DNA from: an uncultured Gemmatimonadota bacterium
GTDB taxonomy: Bacteria; SM23-81; DAOVCL01
Assembly (NCBI GenBank): GCA_964626665.1
Contig: CAZVGK010000036.1
Location: forward strand, 1-27,735
Direction of reading: 5' to 3'
DNA: 27,735 bases
The notes under the pieces: model-generated
What the model was told of the DNA's origin: nothing
The model's input: only the letters and a program-made list of their open reading frames with translations
The model's database searches: none
Translations under genes and position numbers: made by a program
Shown here: positions 1 to 8,658 of the stretch, piece after piece
How positions within the stretch are numbered: position 1 is the first letter of the stretch
Layout: the number at the start of each line of letters is the position of its first letter

Positions 1-51
1 ATCAGCAAAGTGTCCAAAAAAGTGGCACAATTTTGAGCTAATTTGACGAGG

Positions 52-126
52 TCTGGATTTACAAAAATTATCTTGCAAGATCAGCGTCCATCTGCGTTCA
101 AAATAGAAGTTGTCACAGTGTGAACT
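52..126 (+). repeat. Dispersed intergenic repeat, family A, copy 1
   Basis: CTGGATTTACAA..AATTAT...ATCTGCGTTCAAAAT.GAAGTT is shared with 7100-7162 and 7258-7332. Confidence 0.85.
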
Positions 127-380
127 TAGCTGTCTGGGATGAGGATTTTCTGACGGGATGAACAGGATTTTTAAGAAAGCATCGAGGGACACCAAACACA
201 TAGAAAGATTACATTCTACATTCTTCCTTAGCATTCTTATATCCAGTGGTTTTCAGCGTTTAACGAATGTTGTCATCCTGATCATCTTGTCAATCCTGTC
301 TAAAAATGGAAGTCCTTCTCCGTCAGGGTAGAGCCCTGACGGTACATACAAGTAATCAAAAAAGGAGGTAGGATTTTACA

Positions 381-3326
381 ATGGGGAAGGACGCCAAAGT
401 AAGGAAGAAAGCTCAAAGGTACGAGGAGAAGGGCAAATACAACAAGGCTATTAAGCTCTACGAAAAAATTAAGGACGATGGAGCAATAGCGAGATGCTAT
501 GAAAAAGCGGGCAATATCATAGATGCCTTTGAACTCTATGCTAAGCTTAGTGATAAGGATAATACCCAAAAGCTCAGACCGATATATGTGGAGAAGCTTA
601 AAGCCCTTCCTCCTTCTGTTAAGATTGCAGAAAAGTTTGAAAGACTGAAATTATTCAAGGAAGCGGCACAAATCTATGAAAGCATTGGTGCTTTTGAGCC
701 CAAGCTGCTCTGGGAATATGAAACTGGGGATTCAGTATTGGGTGTAGCCATTTCTGCGGATGGGAGTCGGATCGTCGCTGGTTCCGATGATTATAAGGTA
801 TATCTGTTTAACTCTGAAGGTGAACTGCTCTGGGAGTATGATCTGCCCCTTGGATCTGGGTTGTTACAGTGTGTGGGGATTAGTGCGGATGGGAGTCGGA
901 TCGTCGCTGGTTCCTTTGGTGAGGTATATCTATTTAACTCTGAAGGTGAACTGCTCTGGAAATATGAAACTGGGGATTCAGTATTGGGTGTAGCCATTTC
1001 TGCGGATGGGAGTCGGATCGTCGCTGGTTCCGATGATTATAAGGTATATCTGTTTAATTCTGAGGGCGAGCTGCTCTGGGAGTATGAAACGGGGAATATA
1101 GTATGGCGTGTAGCCATTTCTGCGGATAGGAGTCGGGTTGTCGCTGGTTCCGATGATCATAAGATATATCTATTTAACTCTGCGGGCGAGCTGCTCTGGG
1201 AGTATAAAACTGGGGATTCAGTAGAAGGTGTAGCCATTTCTGCGGATGGGAGTCGGATCGTCGCTGGTTCCGGTGACCATAAGGTATATCTATTTAACTC
1301 TGTGGGTAAGCTGCTCTGGAAGTATAGAACTGGGGGAGAGGTATATCCAAGTGTAGCCATTCCCGCGGATGGGAGTCGCATTGTGGCCAGTTCCCTGCCT
1401 GATAAAATATATCTACTTGGTTCTGAGGGTGAGTTACTGCGGGAATATGAAACTGGAGATATGCTCTTCCATTTGGGAATTACTATGGATGGAGACCGTG
1501 TTGTGGCTGGTTCAGACAATGTTGTGGCTGGCGTTATGGCTGGTTCAGACGATGGCGAGGCTGGCGTTGTGGCTGGTTCAAACGATGGTAAGGTATATTT
1601 GTTTGACACATTCTCCTCTCCTTCTTTACGGGCCATTGAGCTCTATCTCCTGCATTTGATAGGATCCCCGGAGGAACTGGAGGACAAAGCACTCGTTGCT
1701 CACATTAAACAGATTCTTAAAGAGTTGGATACAAAGAAAGCACTCATTGGTCACGTTAAGCAGATCCTCCCAAAGGTAAATACAAAACCCACGCTCAATA
1801 CTCTTCTTTCTGAAAGTAAAGATTATGCCACTATCTTTCGGATATGCTCTCGCTTAGGCATTGAAAGAGATGCTATTGATATATTGATAAAAAGAGGTGA
1901 ATACGAAGAGGCTCTCCAGTTATTAGATAGCATACCTGCGTCACAGTGGAGTCAAGAGGATCACCTCACTTCTCTCAGTATCTCTCTCAAGTTGCACAGG
2001 GATGACCTGGTTGAGGAAAGGCTTGTAAAGATATGGAAAAGGGGAGATTATAAGTCCATCTTTGGAGGCTTAACTGCTGAGGAACGTCTGCAAGTTATTG
2101 ATTTGCTGATGGAGAGAGGTCATGATGAAGAAGCACTAAGGGTATTAACCTCAAGGCCTGAAACTGAATGGGGGATGAAGGAACAGCTCACCCAGTTAAA
2201 GCTTTATGTAAGGCTTAACCTGACCGATATGGCGGAGAAGAAACTCTCCCAAATAAAGCAAGCAATAAGCGTCGATAGATCACCTGAGTTCTACTATGAA
2301 TTTGCTGCTTTCTGTGAAGAGGTGGGCAAATACCGCTTGGCGTTAGAGGTGTATTTACAGTTTATTGCCGGAAACATCATATACAAAGATGTATTGGACA
2401 GATATCGCCATCTTCAAGAGACCATTAGGCCTGAGGGCAAAGAAGCTTCGGGGGTTAAGCCTCGCAGACCAGTTGTAACTACGAGAGGGACGGTTACAGG
2501 GGGAGGAGAGGAACCCACTGGTCTTCACGCTGGTAAGTATGAGCTCTTGCGGCAAATAGGCAGTGGAGGTATGGGTATTGTTTATGAGGCGTTAAACAGG
2601 CAATTAGGAAAGAAGGTGGCGATCAAGAAGATGCGGGAGGAGATAAGGATTAGGCGGAGGGAGAGAGAAAGGTTTTTGAGGGAGGCACGCACAGTTGCAG
2701 AATTACACCACCCCAATATCGTTGATATTTATGACATCATTGAAGAGAATGATGAGATTTATCTTGTCTTTGAGTACATTGAAGGGAAGACGGTAGAAAA
2801 GATTCTTGATGAGGGATCAATTGGTTGGGAGGAGGCTGTCCAGATAATAGGGGATGTCTGCAAGGCATTGGGGTTTGCCCATAAGAATGGAGTTATCCAT
2901 CGTGATCTTAAGCCATCGAATATAATGGTTTCAAGGGAAGGGTATGCCAAGGTTATGGATTTTGGTATTGCCAGGGAAGCGAAGGAGACGATTTCGTCTG
3001 TCACTGGTCAAAGGGACACATCGGGCACACTTGCCTATATGCCACCTGAGCAACATCTGGGAAGGTGTGATATAAGGGGTGACATCTATGCTCTTGGGGT
3101 AACCTTTTATGAGATGTTGACTGGCCAGTTGCCCTTCAGGGGAGTAGATCTCTATGAGCAGAAGAGGCAGATGGTGTATGTCCCACCTTCCGAGCTTGGG
3201 GTTGAACAGCCGCAGGGGGTTGATGAGGTAATCAAGAAATGTCTGGAGGCGGAGAAGGAGAAAAGATACCCCTCGGTTGATGAGTTTGTGGAGGAGATTA
3301 AAAGGATTAAGTCAAGGGATGCCTGA
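381..3326 (+). CDS. Multidomain Hanks-type Ser/Thr protein kinase with N-terminal helical region, 7-blade WD40/PQQ-like beta-propeller and TPR-like region
   Basis: RBS GGAGG upstream. Seven ~40-aa repeats (LLWEYETGDSVLGVAISADGSRIVAGSDDYKVYLFNSEGE). C-terminal kinase motifs GSGGMG, VAIK, HRDLKPSN, DFG, MPPE, DIYALG. No signal peptide or TM segment seen. Confidence 0.92.
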   Translation: MGKDAKVRKKAQRYEEKGKYNKAIKLYEKIKDDGAIARCYEKAGNIIDAFELYAKLSDKDNTQKLRPIYVEKLKALPPSVKIAEKFERLKLFKEAAQIYESIGAFEPKLLWEYETGDSVLGVAISADGSRIVAGSDDYKVYLFNSEGELLWEYDLPLGSGLLQCVGISADGSRIVAGSFGEVYLFNSEGELLWKYETGDSVLGVAISADGSRIVAGSDDYKVYLFNSEGELLWEYETGNIVWRVAISADRSRVVAGSDDHKIYLFNSAGELLWEYKTGDSVEGVAISADGSRIVAGSGDHKVYLFNSVGKLLWKYRTGGEVYPSVAIPADGSRIVASSLPDKIYLLGSEGELLREYETGDMLFHLGITMDGDRVVAGSDNVVAGVMAGSDDGEAGVVAGSNDGKVYLFDTFSSPSLRAIELYLLHLIGSPEELEDKALVAHIKQILKELDTKKALIGHVKQILPKVNTKPTLNTLLSESKDYATIFRICSRLGIERDAIDILIKRGEYEEALQLLDSIPASQWSQEDHLTSLSISLKLHRDDLVEERLVKIWKRGDYKSIFGGLTAEERLQVIDLLMERGHDEEALRVLTSRPETEWGMKEQLTQLKLYVRLNLTDMAEKKLSQIKQAISVDRSPEFYYEFAAFCEEVGKYRLALEVYLQFIAGNIIYKDVLDRYRHLQETIRPEGKEASGVKPRRPVVTTRGTVTGGGEEPTGLHAGKYELLRQIGSGGMGIVYEALNRQLGKKVAIKKMREEIRIRRRERERFLREARTVAELHHPNIVDIYDIIEENDEIYLVFEYIEGKTVEKILDEGSIGWEEAVQIIGDVCKALGFAHKNGVIHRDLKPSNIMVSREGYAKVMDFGIAREAKETISSVTGQRDTSGTLAYMPPEQHLGRCDIRGDIYALGVTFYEMLTGQLPFRGVDLYEQKRQMVYVPPSELGVEQPQGVDEVIKKCLEAEKEKRYPSVDEFVEEIKRIKSRDA
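705..1610 (+). repeat. Intragenic ~120-bp tandem repeats encoding propeller blades
   Basis: Units start at 705, 825, 951, 1071, 1191, 1311 and ~1434. Units 1 and 3 are nearly identical at the DNA level. Confidence 0.95.
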
Positions 3327-3366
3327 GGGGAGGAAGTTCCCGCTACATCTGAGGGGAGTATGAACT

Positions 3367-4800
3367 ATGAGGGGATTATATTTATTCTTTGTGCTCATTA
3401 TCTTTACAGGTTCTTGCACATCCTTTAAGAGACCGACCCTTAAGCAGATAGAGAAATCTGCTAAGATCGAGCAAAACAAGAGGAAGGTCAGTGAAAAAAA
3501 GCGAGATCCAAGGCTTTTCGTAGGTGAAGGCGTAGTAAATACCCACAGGTTTAAACTTGATGAAGCGATCAAGAACGCAACGGAAGATGCAAGAGCCGAT
3601 TTAGCTAAAGGGATTCGTGTCAAGGTTAAAGCAACGATTGTATATGAAGTAAGCGAAAAAGCTGATGTAAACACAAGCTGGTTTAATAGCCACATCGACT
3701 CCTATACTGATATGGTTCTGCACGAAGTTAAGTGCAATTATTACTATCCTTATCCTGATCAGGGCTATGTAACTGGGCTATGCTGGCTTAGTAAAAGAAA
3801 ATACGATGAATATGTCACTGAAGACTTACGGAGGAAAAAGGCAAAGGTTCTTGGATTCTTAAAGCCTGGATTAGAGGCAATGACTGGTAAGAACTTCGCC
3901 CTTGCACTTAATAATCTAATAGAAGCGAGAAATCAGATTAAAGAATTCTTTGGGGGAACGCCTGTAGAAACGGAAATCAATGGTGAAAAGTTAGAACTCA
4001 ATTCCTTTACTCAAAGTAAGATTGCCACTCTCATTAACAACCTTGAAATCAAGCCACTTGACAAAAAAGTCAGCTACGATGCAGAGGGCAAGCCAAGTGT
4101 AAACCCTCAGGTATATGTAGCTTACCGAGAAGAAAGAGAATCGGAAACGAGGGTTGCAAACATTCCCCTTGTTGTCAAGATAGTGTATCCTACTGGGGGA
4201 GAGGAAATTATCACATACGGAATAAAAACATCCACTGATGGCTTAGCAGACATAGTAATTGAGCACATAGACGCATCAAAAGACCATGCAGTCCTGGAAA
4301 TCAAACTTGATGCAAAGAAGATCGGAATACCACCAGAGCAAAAGTCTATAATGCCTATATGCCATATTTACCTCCACAAGATACAAACCATAGCGGTATC
4401 AGTAGTGTTCCTCAACAACCAACAAAGGATTATACCTTCAGGGTTTGTAGATGAGATAAAGCAAATACTACTTGACAAAGGTTATGACACAATTGACCAT
4501 GCGATTCAAGGTCAGAAGGTTACCAATCAAGACAAAAAAGCGGCTCAGGTTCTAAATGCAGACTATCTGCTATCAGTAGAAATAAATGCTTCCGGTGGTG
4601 GGCCGGACATGTATGGAATGTGTTGGTCAAGGGCCTCAAGCAGGATTGCCTTTTACTCTATTCCGCAAGGGAAAGAACTCTTCGCTCTTCCAGGTCCCTC
4701 AGCAAAGGGTGAGCATGTCACTATATCAGGGGCAGGCTGGGACGCTTTTAGCAAAGTAGGGCCAGGTTTGATTAAAATCCTGAAGAGTAAACTCAAATGA
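3367..4800 (+). CDS. Putative lipoprotein with LPP20-like N-terminal domain
   Basis: Signal peptide with lipobox-like TGSC. LPP20-like segment GEG..A...A...ARADLAKGIRVKVKA. RBS GAGGGG. Confidence 0.7.
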   Translation: MRGLYLFFVLIIFTGSCTSFKRPTLKQIEKSAKIEQNKRKVSEKKRDPRLFVGEGVVNTHRFKLDEAIKNATEDARADLAKGIRVKVKATIVYEVSEKADVNTSWFNSHIDSYTDMVLHEVKCNYYYPYPDQGYVTGLCWLSKRKYDEYVTEDLRRKKAKVLGFLKPGLEAMTGKNFALALNNLIEARNQIKEFFGGTPVETEINGEKLELNSFTQSKIATLINNLEIKPLDKKVSYDAEGKPSVNPQVYVAYREERESETRVANIPLVVKIVYPTGGEEIITYGIKTSTDGLADIVIEHIDASKDHAVLEIKLDAKKIGIPPEQKSIMPICHIYLHKIQTIAVSVVFLNNQQRIIPSGFVDEIKQILLDKGYDTIDHAIQGQKVTNQDKKAAQVLNADYLLSVEINASGGGPDMYGMCWSRASSRIAFYSIPQGKELFALPGPSAKGEHVTISGAGWDAFSKVGPGLIKILKSKLK

Positions 4801-6815
4801 GTAGGCTGAGAATTATAGTTCCTATAGGCCTGATGGTTCTTTGCATGGGGATTTTTACATACTCCCGCTATTATATTAACGCAAACAAGCCTATCCCATG
4901 TAAGGAATCGGTTGAGCGGTTGATGAATAGTCTTGTCAATCAATGCCGTGCCAAGAATTTTCGGGGTACGATATCCGAGACAGTAAATATGTCAGGTCCA
5001 CGAAAAGATGAAGACCTTGAGAGAATCGTTATACCTGAGATTCATATCGGTCTCTTAAATCCAGATAGCCCTTTTACAGTGATAGTTAATCCAAAAGAGT
5101 ACGCTCAAGAGGTAGACAGTTTGAGAAATGAACTACTCATCAGAGGTCGAATGAACCCTGAGAAGGTCAAATTTATTATCCTCAAAAAGGTGAAAAAGGC
5201 GGTAACCGTGCCAGACTACCAAATACAATTAAACTGGAAAAGTGTTGAAGGCAATAAGGGGTTGGTACAACTCACCACAGCAGTTAGAAATGTGGCGATA
5301 GTTGAGTCAACAGCAGTCTTCACTCATCCATCTCGAGAAATCTCTTATAACATAAAGAAGGAGAAACTCACTCAAGCAAATCGTATTTCAGGCGGCATCT
5401 TTGGTGCTTCCTTCATTTACCTTGTAATGGGAATCGCTATCACCAGCCGGAGGAGAAAGAAGATTATGGTTAGGAAGGCTGAAATCCTCGAACAGCTCCA
5501 ATTGCTGGTCAGAGGTGGTAGTTTTGAATCTGCGAGAAAACAACTTACAAAGGCGTTGCTCTATCTTAAAGATGATCCTGAGTTTAACGCGATAAACGAT
5601 AGGTTGAATATAGTGACCAAAGGCAATCCAATCCAGGCAGAGCGTGCATTTGTAAAATATCAGAATTTCAAAAGCAGAATCTTAGGAGAAGGAAAGCTAA
5701 AAGCCCACGAGTATCTTGAGCTCCAGGATTTACCCAGGTATTTGGAGTCCCCGGAAGTCAACGAGTTCGTAGCACAATATGACGAATACATTAAATTTCT
5801 TGAGCTGGCTGAAAAGTTTAGATCAAAGATTGAAGAGTCCAAGATGCTCATAGAGAGGGGAGAACTAAAAACTGCAGCATTCAAAATGAAACAGTTGAAT
5901 GAAGATCCTGACTGGCACAAATATCAATTCCTTACCCATAAGGTTGGTGGAGCTAAAGCTGTAATTGAGCCCCCTAAGTTGCCAGCACCAGACAACATCG
6001 GCGCTTTACAGGGAGAAATTGAAAAAAGGTTGGAAACAAGCAGTGCCTACTTTGGGGAGGCAAAAAAGCTACTACAGACCGGTGAGGTCAAGCAAGCGGA
6101 GACTTTGCTGATTCAATCAGTAGAAGTGGATAAAGGTCTGAATGAAGCTAAGGAGTTAATTAAGGAAATAAAAGAAAACAGAAAGTTCAACTGCATTAGA
6201 TTTATCCCAGAAAAAGTAGGAAAGGAAATATATCTTTTTAAGAAAGACAGTTTGATCTTTGGCAGGTATGGTTCAGGAAAGGGGTATGACATTGGCATCA
6301 AAAATCCAAAAATAAGTGGAACCCATCTGCGGGTTAGTCTCTTGGAGAACAGAGTAGTCGCCGAAGACTTAGAAAGCAAGAACGGAACAAAACTAAGAGG
6401 TAAGAAAATAAAACTGTCTGAAATAGAGGACGGTGATATAGTCAACCTTGCAGGCGTATATCCGATGACTATACATATCCCGGAGAGAGAAGTCCCTTTG
6501 GCAAGAACCCTCACTGGAACTGAAACCACTGGCCTGGGGAAGAGTCCTCATCCTCGATTATCAACCCCAAACGGGTTCTCTCACAAGGGGATTCTCCAAT
6601 CGGTAATCTTCGAAGCAGAAGATAGGTTCTATGTAATGCTTATAAAGGGGGTGGGAGTATCTTTTACATCAGTAGGAATTCAGTTTAAGGAGGGGACTAG
6701 TTATGAATTTGTTATCCGGGAGGAAGTATTTCTCATTAAGGATAAGGAGGGATACAGAATCCTTTCTCCTGGTGTTCTGATAGAGCAACACGGGGTGAGA
6801 TACAAGGTGACATAG
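4797..6815 (+). CDS. Membrane protein with two TM segments, TPR-like cytoplasmic region and FHA domain
   Basis: ATGA overlap with the upstream gene. Hydrophobic segments near aa 6-23 and ~198-217. FHA motifs FGR, ISGTH and DLESKNGT. Confidence 0.8.
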   Translation: MSRLRIIVPIGLMVLCMGIFTYSRYYINANKPIPCKESVERLMNSLVNQCRAKNFRGTISETVNMSGPRKDEDLERIVIPEIHIGLLNPDSPFTVIVNPKEYAQEVDSLRNELLIRGRMNPEKVKFIILKKVKKAVTVPDYQIQLNWKSVEGNKGLVQLTTAVRNVAIVESTAVFTHPSREISYNIKKEKLTQANRISGGIFGASFIYLVMGIAITSRRRKKIMVRKAEILEQLQLLVRGGSFESARKQLTKALLYLKDDPEFNAINDRLNIVTKGNPIQAERAFVKYQNFKSRILGEGKLKAHEYLELQDLPRYLESPEVNEFVAQYDEYIKFLELAEKFRSKIEESKMLIERGELKTAAFKMKQLNEDPDWHKYQFLTHKVGGAKAVIEPPKLPAPDNIGALQGEIEKRLETSSAYFGEAKKLLQTGEVKQAETLLIQSVEVDKGLNEAKELIKEIKENRKFNCIRFIPEKVGKEIYLFKKDSLIFGRYGSGKGYDIGIKNPKISGTHLRVSLLENRVVAEDLESKNGTKLRGKKIKLSEIEDGDIVNLAGVYPMTIHIPEREVPLARTLTGTETTGLGKSPHPRLSTPNGFSHKGILQSVIFEAEDRFYVMLIKGVGVSFTSVGIQFKEGTSYEFVIREEVFLIKDKEGYRILSPGVLIEQHGVRYKVT

Positions 6816-6836
6816 CGAGGAAGGGGGAAAGCAGAG

Positions 6837-7040
6837 ATGAAGTTCAAGGTGGTGTTAGAACCCAGTGACGAAGGAGGATACACCGTCTATGTTCCCTCCC
6901 TCCCCGGTTGTATCAGTGAAGGAGACACGCTCGAAGAGGCGATGGCAAACATCCGGGAGACGATAGAACTCTACCTTGAGCCGGTGGAGGATGACTGGGT
7001 TGTCGAAGAAGGTTCGGTCGTGCGGGAGTTGGTGGTGTGA
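6837..7040 (+). CDS. hicB: HicB-family antitoxin, copy 1
   Basis: MKFKVVLEPSDEGGYTVYVPSLPGCISEGDTLEEA is a typical short HicB-like sequence. Confidence 0.9.
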   Translation: MKFKVVLEPSDEGGYTVYVPSLPGCISEGDTLEEAMANIRETIELYLEPVEDDWVVEEGSVVRELVV

Positions 7041-7056
7041 CCAAAATTCCGAGTCT
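7037..7056 (+). pseudogene. hicA: 20-nt stub of hicA
   Basis: GTGACCAAAATTCCGAGTCT is identical to 7615-7634, then the sequence diverges. Confidence 0.85.
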
Positions 7057-7085
7057 GGCCGACAGTGGGGCAACCATTGCTTAAC

Positions 7086-7332
7086 TGGACCGCAGATCCT
7101 CTGGATTTACAAGAATTATCTGGCAAGACCAGCGTCTATCTGCGTTCAAAATGGAAGTTCCTTGTGCTGTCAGGGCTCTGCCCTGACAGAAGACTAGCCG
7201 AGGGTGCCACTGAGGTGGCAGAAGCCCTCTTCATGGAACGCAGATTACCGCAGATTCTCTGGATTTACAAGAATTATTTGGTCAAATCTGTGTCTATCTG
7301 CGTCCAAAATGGAAGTTCCTGCGGTGTGAACT
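7086..7332 (+). repeat. Two tandem family A copies separated by short hairpins
   Basis: CGCAGAT...ATCTGCG inverted arms. Hairpins GTCAGGGC-TCT-GCCCTGAC and TGCCAC/GTGGCA lie between the copies. Confidence 0.85.
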
Positions 7333-7414
7333 CTTGTTTTAGTCTGAATTTTATCAACACTTGGTACCTTTGTGGCATAGGAGCATTGGTTCCACAGGAA
7401 GGAGGAAGGCAGAA

Positions 7415-7618
7415 ATGAAGTTTAAAGTGGTGTTAGAGCCCAGTGATGAAGGAGGATACACCGTCTATGTCCCCTCGCTTCCCGGTTGTATCAGTGAAGG
7501 AAACACGCTTGAGGAGGCACTGGCGAACATCCGGGAGGCGATAGAACTTTACCTTGAGCCAGTAGAGGATGACTGGGTTGTCGAAGAAGGTTCGGTGGTA
7601 CGGGAGTTGGTGGTGTGA
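7415..7618 (+). CDS. hicB: HicB-family antitoxin, copy 2
   Basis: Near-identical to copy 1. ATG at 7415 follows GGAGG. Confidence 0.92.
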   Translation: MKFKVVLEPSDEGGYTVYVPSLPGCISEGNTLEEALANIREAIELYLEPVEDDWVVEEGSVVRELVV

Positions 7619-7842
7619 CCAAAATTCCGAGTCTACCCTACACTCGAATCATCCGCGCCTTACAGAGGAATGGGTGGATCGTCGTCCGCCAGCGAGGTAG
7701 CCACATTCGATTACAAAAGCACATTGGGGATGAAGTGTTCAAGTCGACCGTTCCTGCCCATCGCCCGGTCAAGCGCTCCACACTCGCTCACATTTTAAAA
7801 CAAGCTCACATAGATTTCGAGCGATTCTTGGAATTGCTGTAG
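7615..7842 (+). CDS. hicA: HicA-family mRNA interferase toxin
   Basis: LQRNGWIVVRQRGSH motif and VPAH. GTGA overlap with hicB. Confidence 0.92.
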   Translation: MTKIPSLPYTRIIRALQRNGWIVVRQRGSHIRLQKHIGDEVFKSTVPAHRPVKRSTLAHILKQAHIDFERFLELL

Positions 7843-7905
7843 ATCTATTACACGGATGGCATATAGCACCTTTTAACTGGATCCATTTATAAGCCACTGT
7901 TTAAT

Positions 7906-7991
7906 TGGAACGCAGATTTTTGTTGATAAACACAGAGAACTGATATTTGAAATCTTGGGCATCTGCGACTATCTACGTCCAAAAGAGGAAC
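7906..7991 (+). repeat. Degenerate family A copy
   Basis: TGGAACGCAGAT...ATCTGCG..TATCTACGTCCAAAA. Confidence 0.6.
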
Positions 7992-8179
7992 TCTTTATTA
8001 AGTATGAAACCTCGGGTTCGATAAATCGAACCCCTACAGAGGCTTGAGATATAGGGGTCTGATTTGTCCGGCCTGGACGGAGCGAAAATTGAGGGTGATA
8101 GCAAAAACTGCGGTCTGGAATCCATTATGGGATAAGAGGTTTCAATGTGCAATTAAATTAGACAAAGGGGGTGAATGTA

Positions 8180-8338
8180 ATGGCTACTTGTCCAACATGT
8201 AAAGGAGAAGGGATAATCACTTGCCCTCGTTGCAAGGGGAGTGGAAGCACGGGCACAGTGCTTCCCACCAAGTGTACTCAATGCGGCGGGTCAGGCAAAA
8301 TCCAGTGTCCCAATTGTAAAGGTAAGGGCAAAGTGTAA
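8180..8338 (+). CDS. 52-aa stand-alone DnaJ-type zinc-finger protein (4x CxxCxGxG)
   Basis: Manual translation MATCPTCKGEGIITCPRCKGSGSTGTVLPTKCTQCGGSGKIQCPNCKGKGKV. RBS GGGGGTGA. Missing from the ORF track because it is short. Confidence 0.88.
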   Translation: MATCPTCKGEGIITCPRCKGSGSTGTVLPTKCTQCGGSGKIQCPNCKGKGKV

Positions 8339-8399
8339 ATGCGTTGACAAGGTTAACCAGGAATATTAAAGGATCCTGGCAAAGGGGTAGGTTAGCCAG

Positions 8400-8598
8400 A
8401 ATGTTCACCTACTTCTTCCTCAAGGGCTTGCAGGGGGCTGCGGATTTCAACGGAGACAAACAGGTAACTGTAGGAGAAATGCAAAGGTATCTGACTGATC
8501 CCAATAATGGTATCCCTTACTGGTCAAACCGCAAATTCCAGCGCCCCCAAACCCCAGTGGTGACGGGGGATAAAAATAGGGTACTGGTGAGGTATTGA
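8400..8598 (+). pseudogene. C-terminal remnant of a caspase-domain protein paralogous to the next gene
   Basis: FTYFFLKGLQGAADFNGDKQVTVGEM...QTP...GDKNRVLVRY aligns with FSYFFLKGLKGIADTNGDKKIIVGEL...QTPQLLGRDKGRVLVEY. The catalytic His and Cys are absent. Confidence 0.8.
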
Positions 8599-8658
8599 GT
8601 GCTTAGGGGGATAGATAGCACGAACTCAAAACCGAAAACTTTGAGAAAGGAGGTGGCG

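Noticed and set aside
705-1610. CRISPR array or DGR template/variable repeat pair
   Set aside because: The repeats are in-frame coding units without spacers, differences are not adenine-specific, and there is no cas or reverse transcriptase gene in the window.
7065-7418. 117-aa ORF with an internal repeat
   Set aside because: It is a read-through of non-coding family A repeats with no protein-like features.
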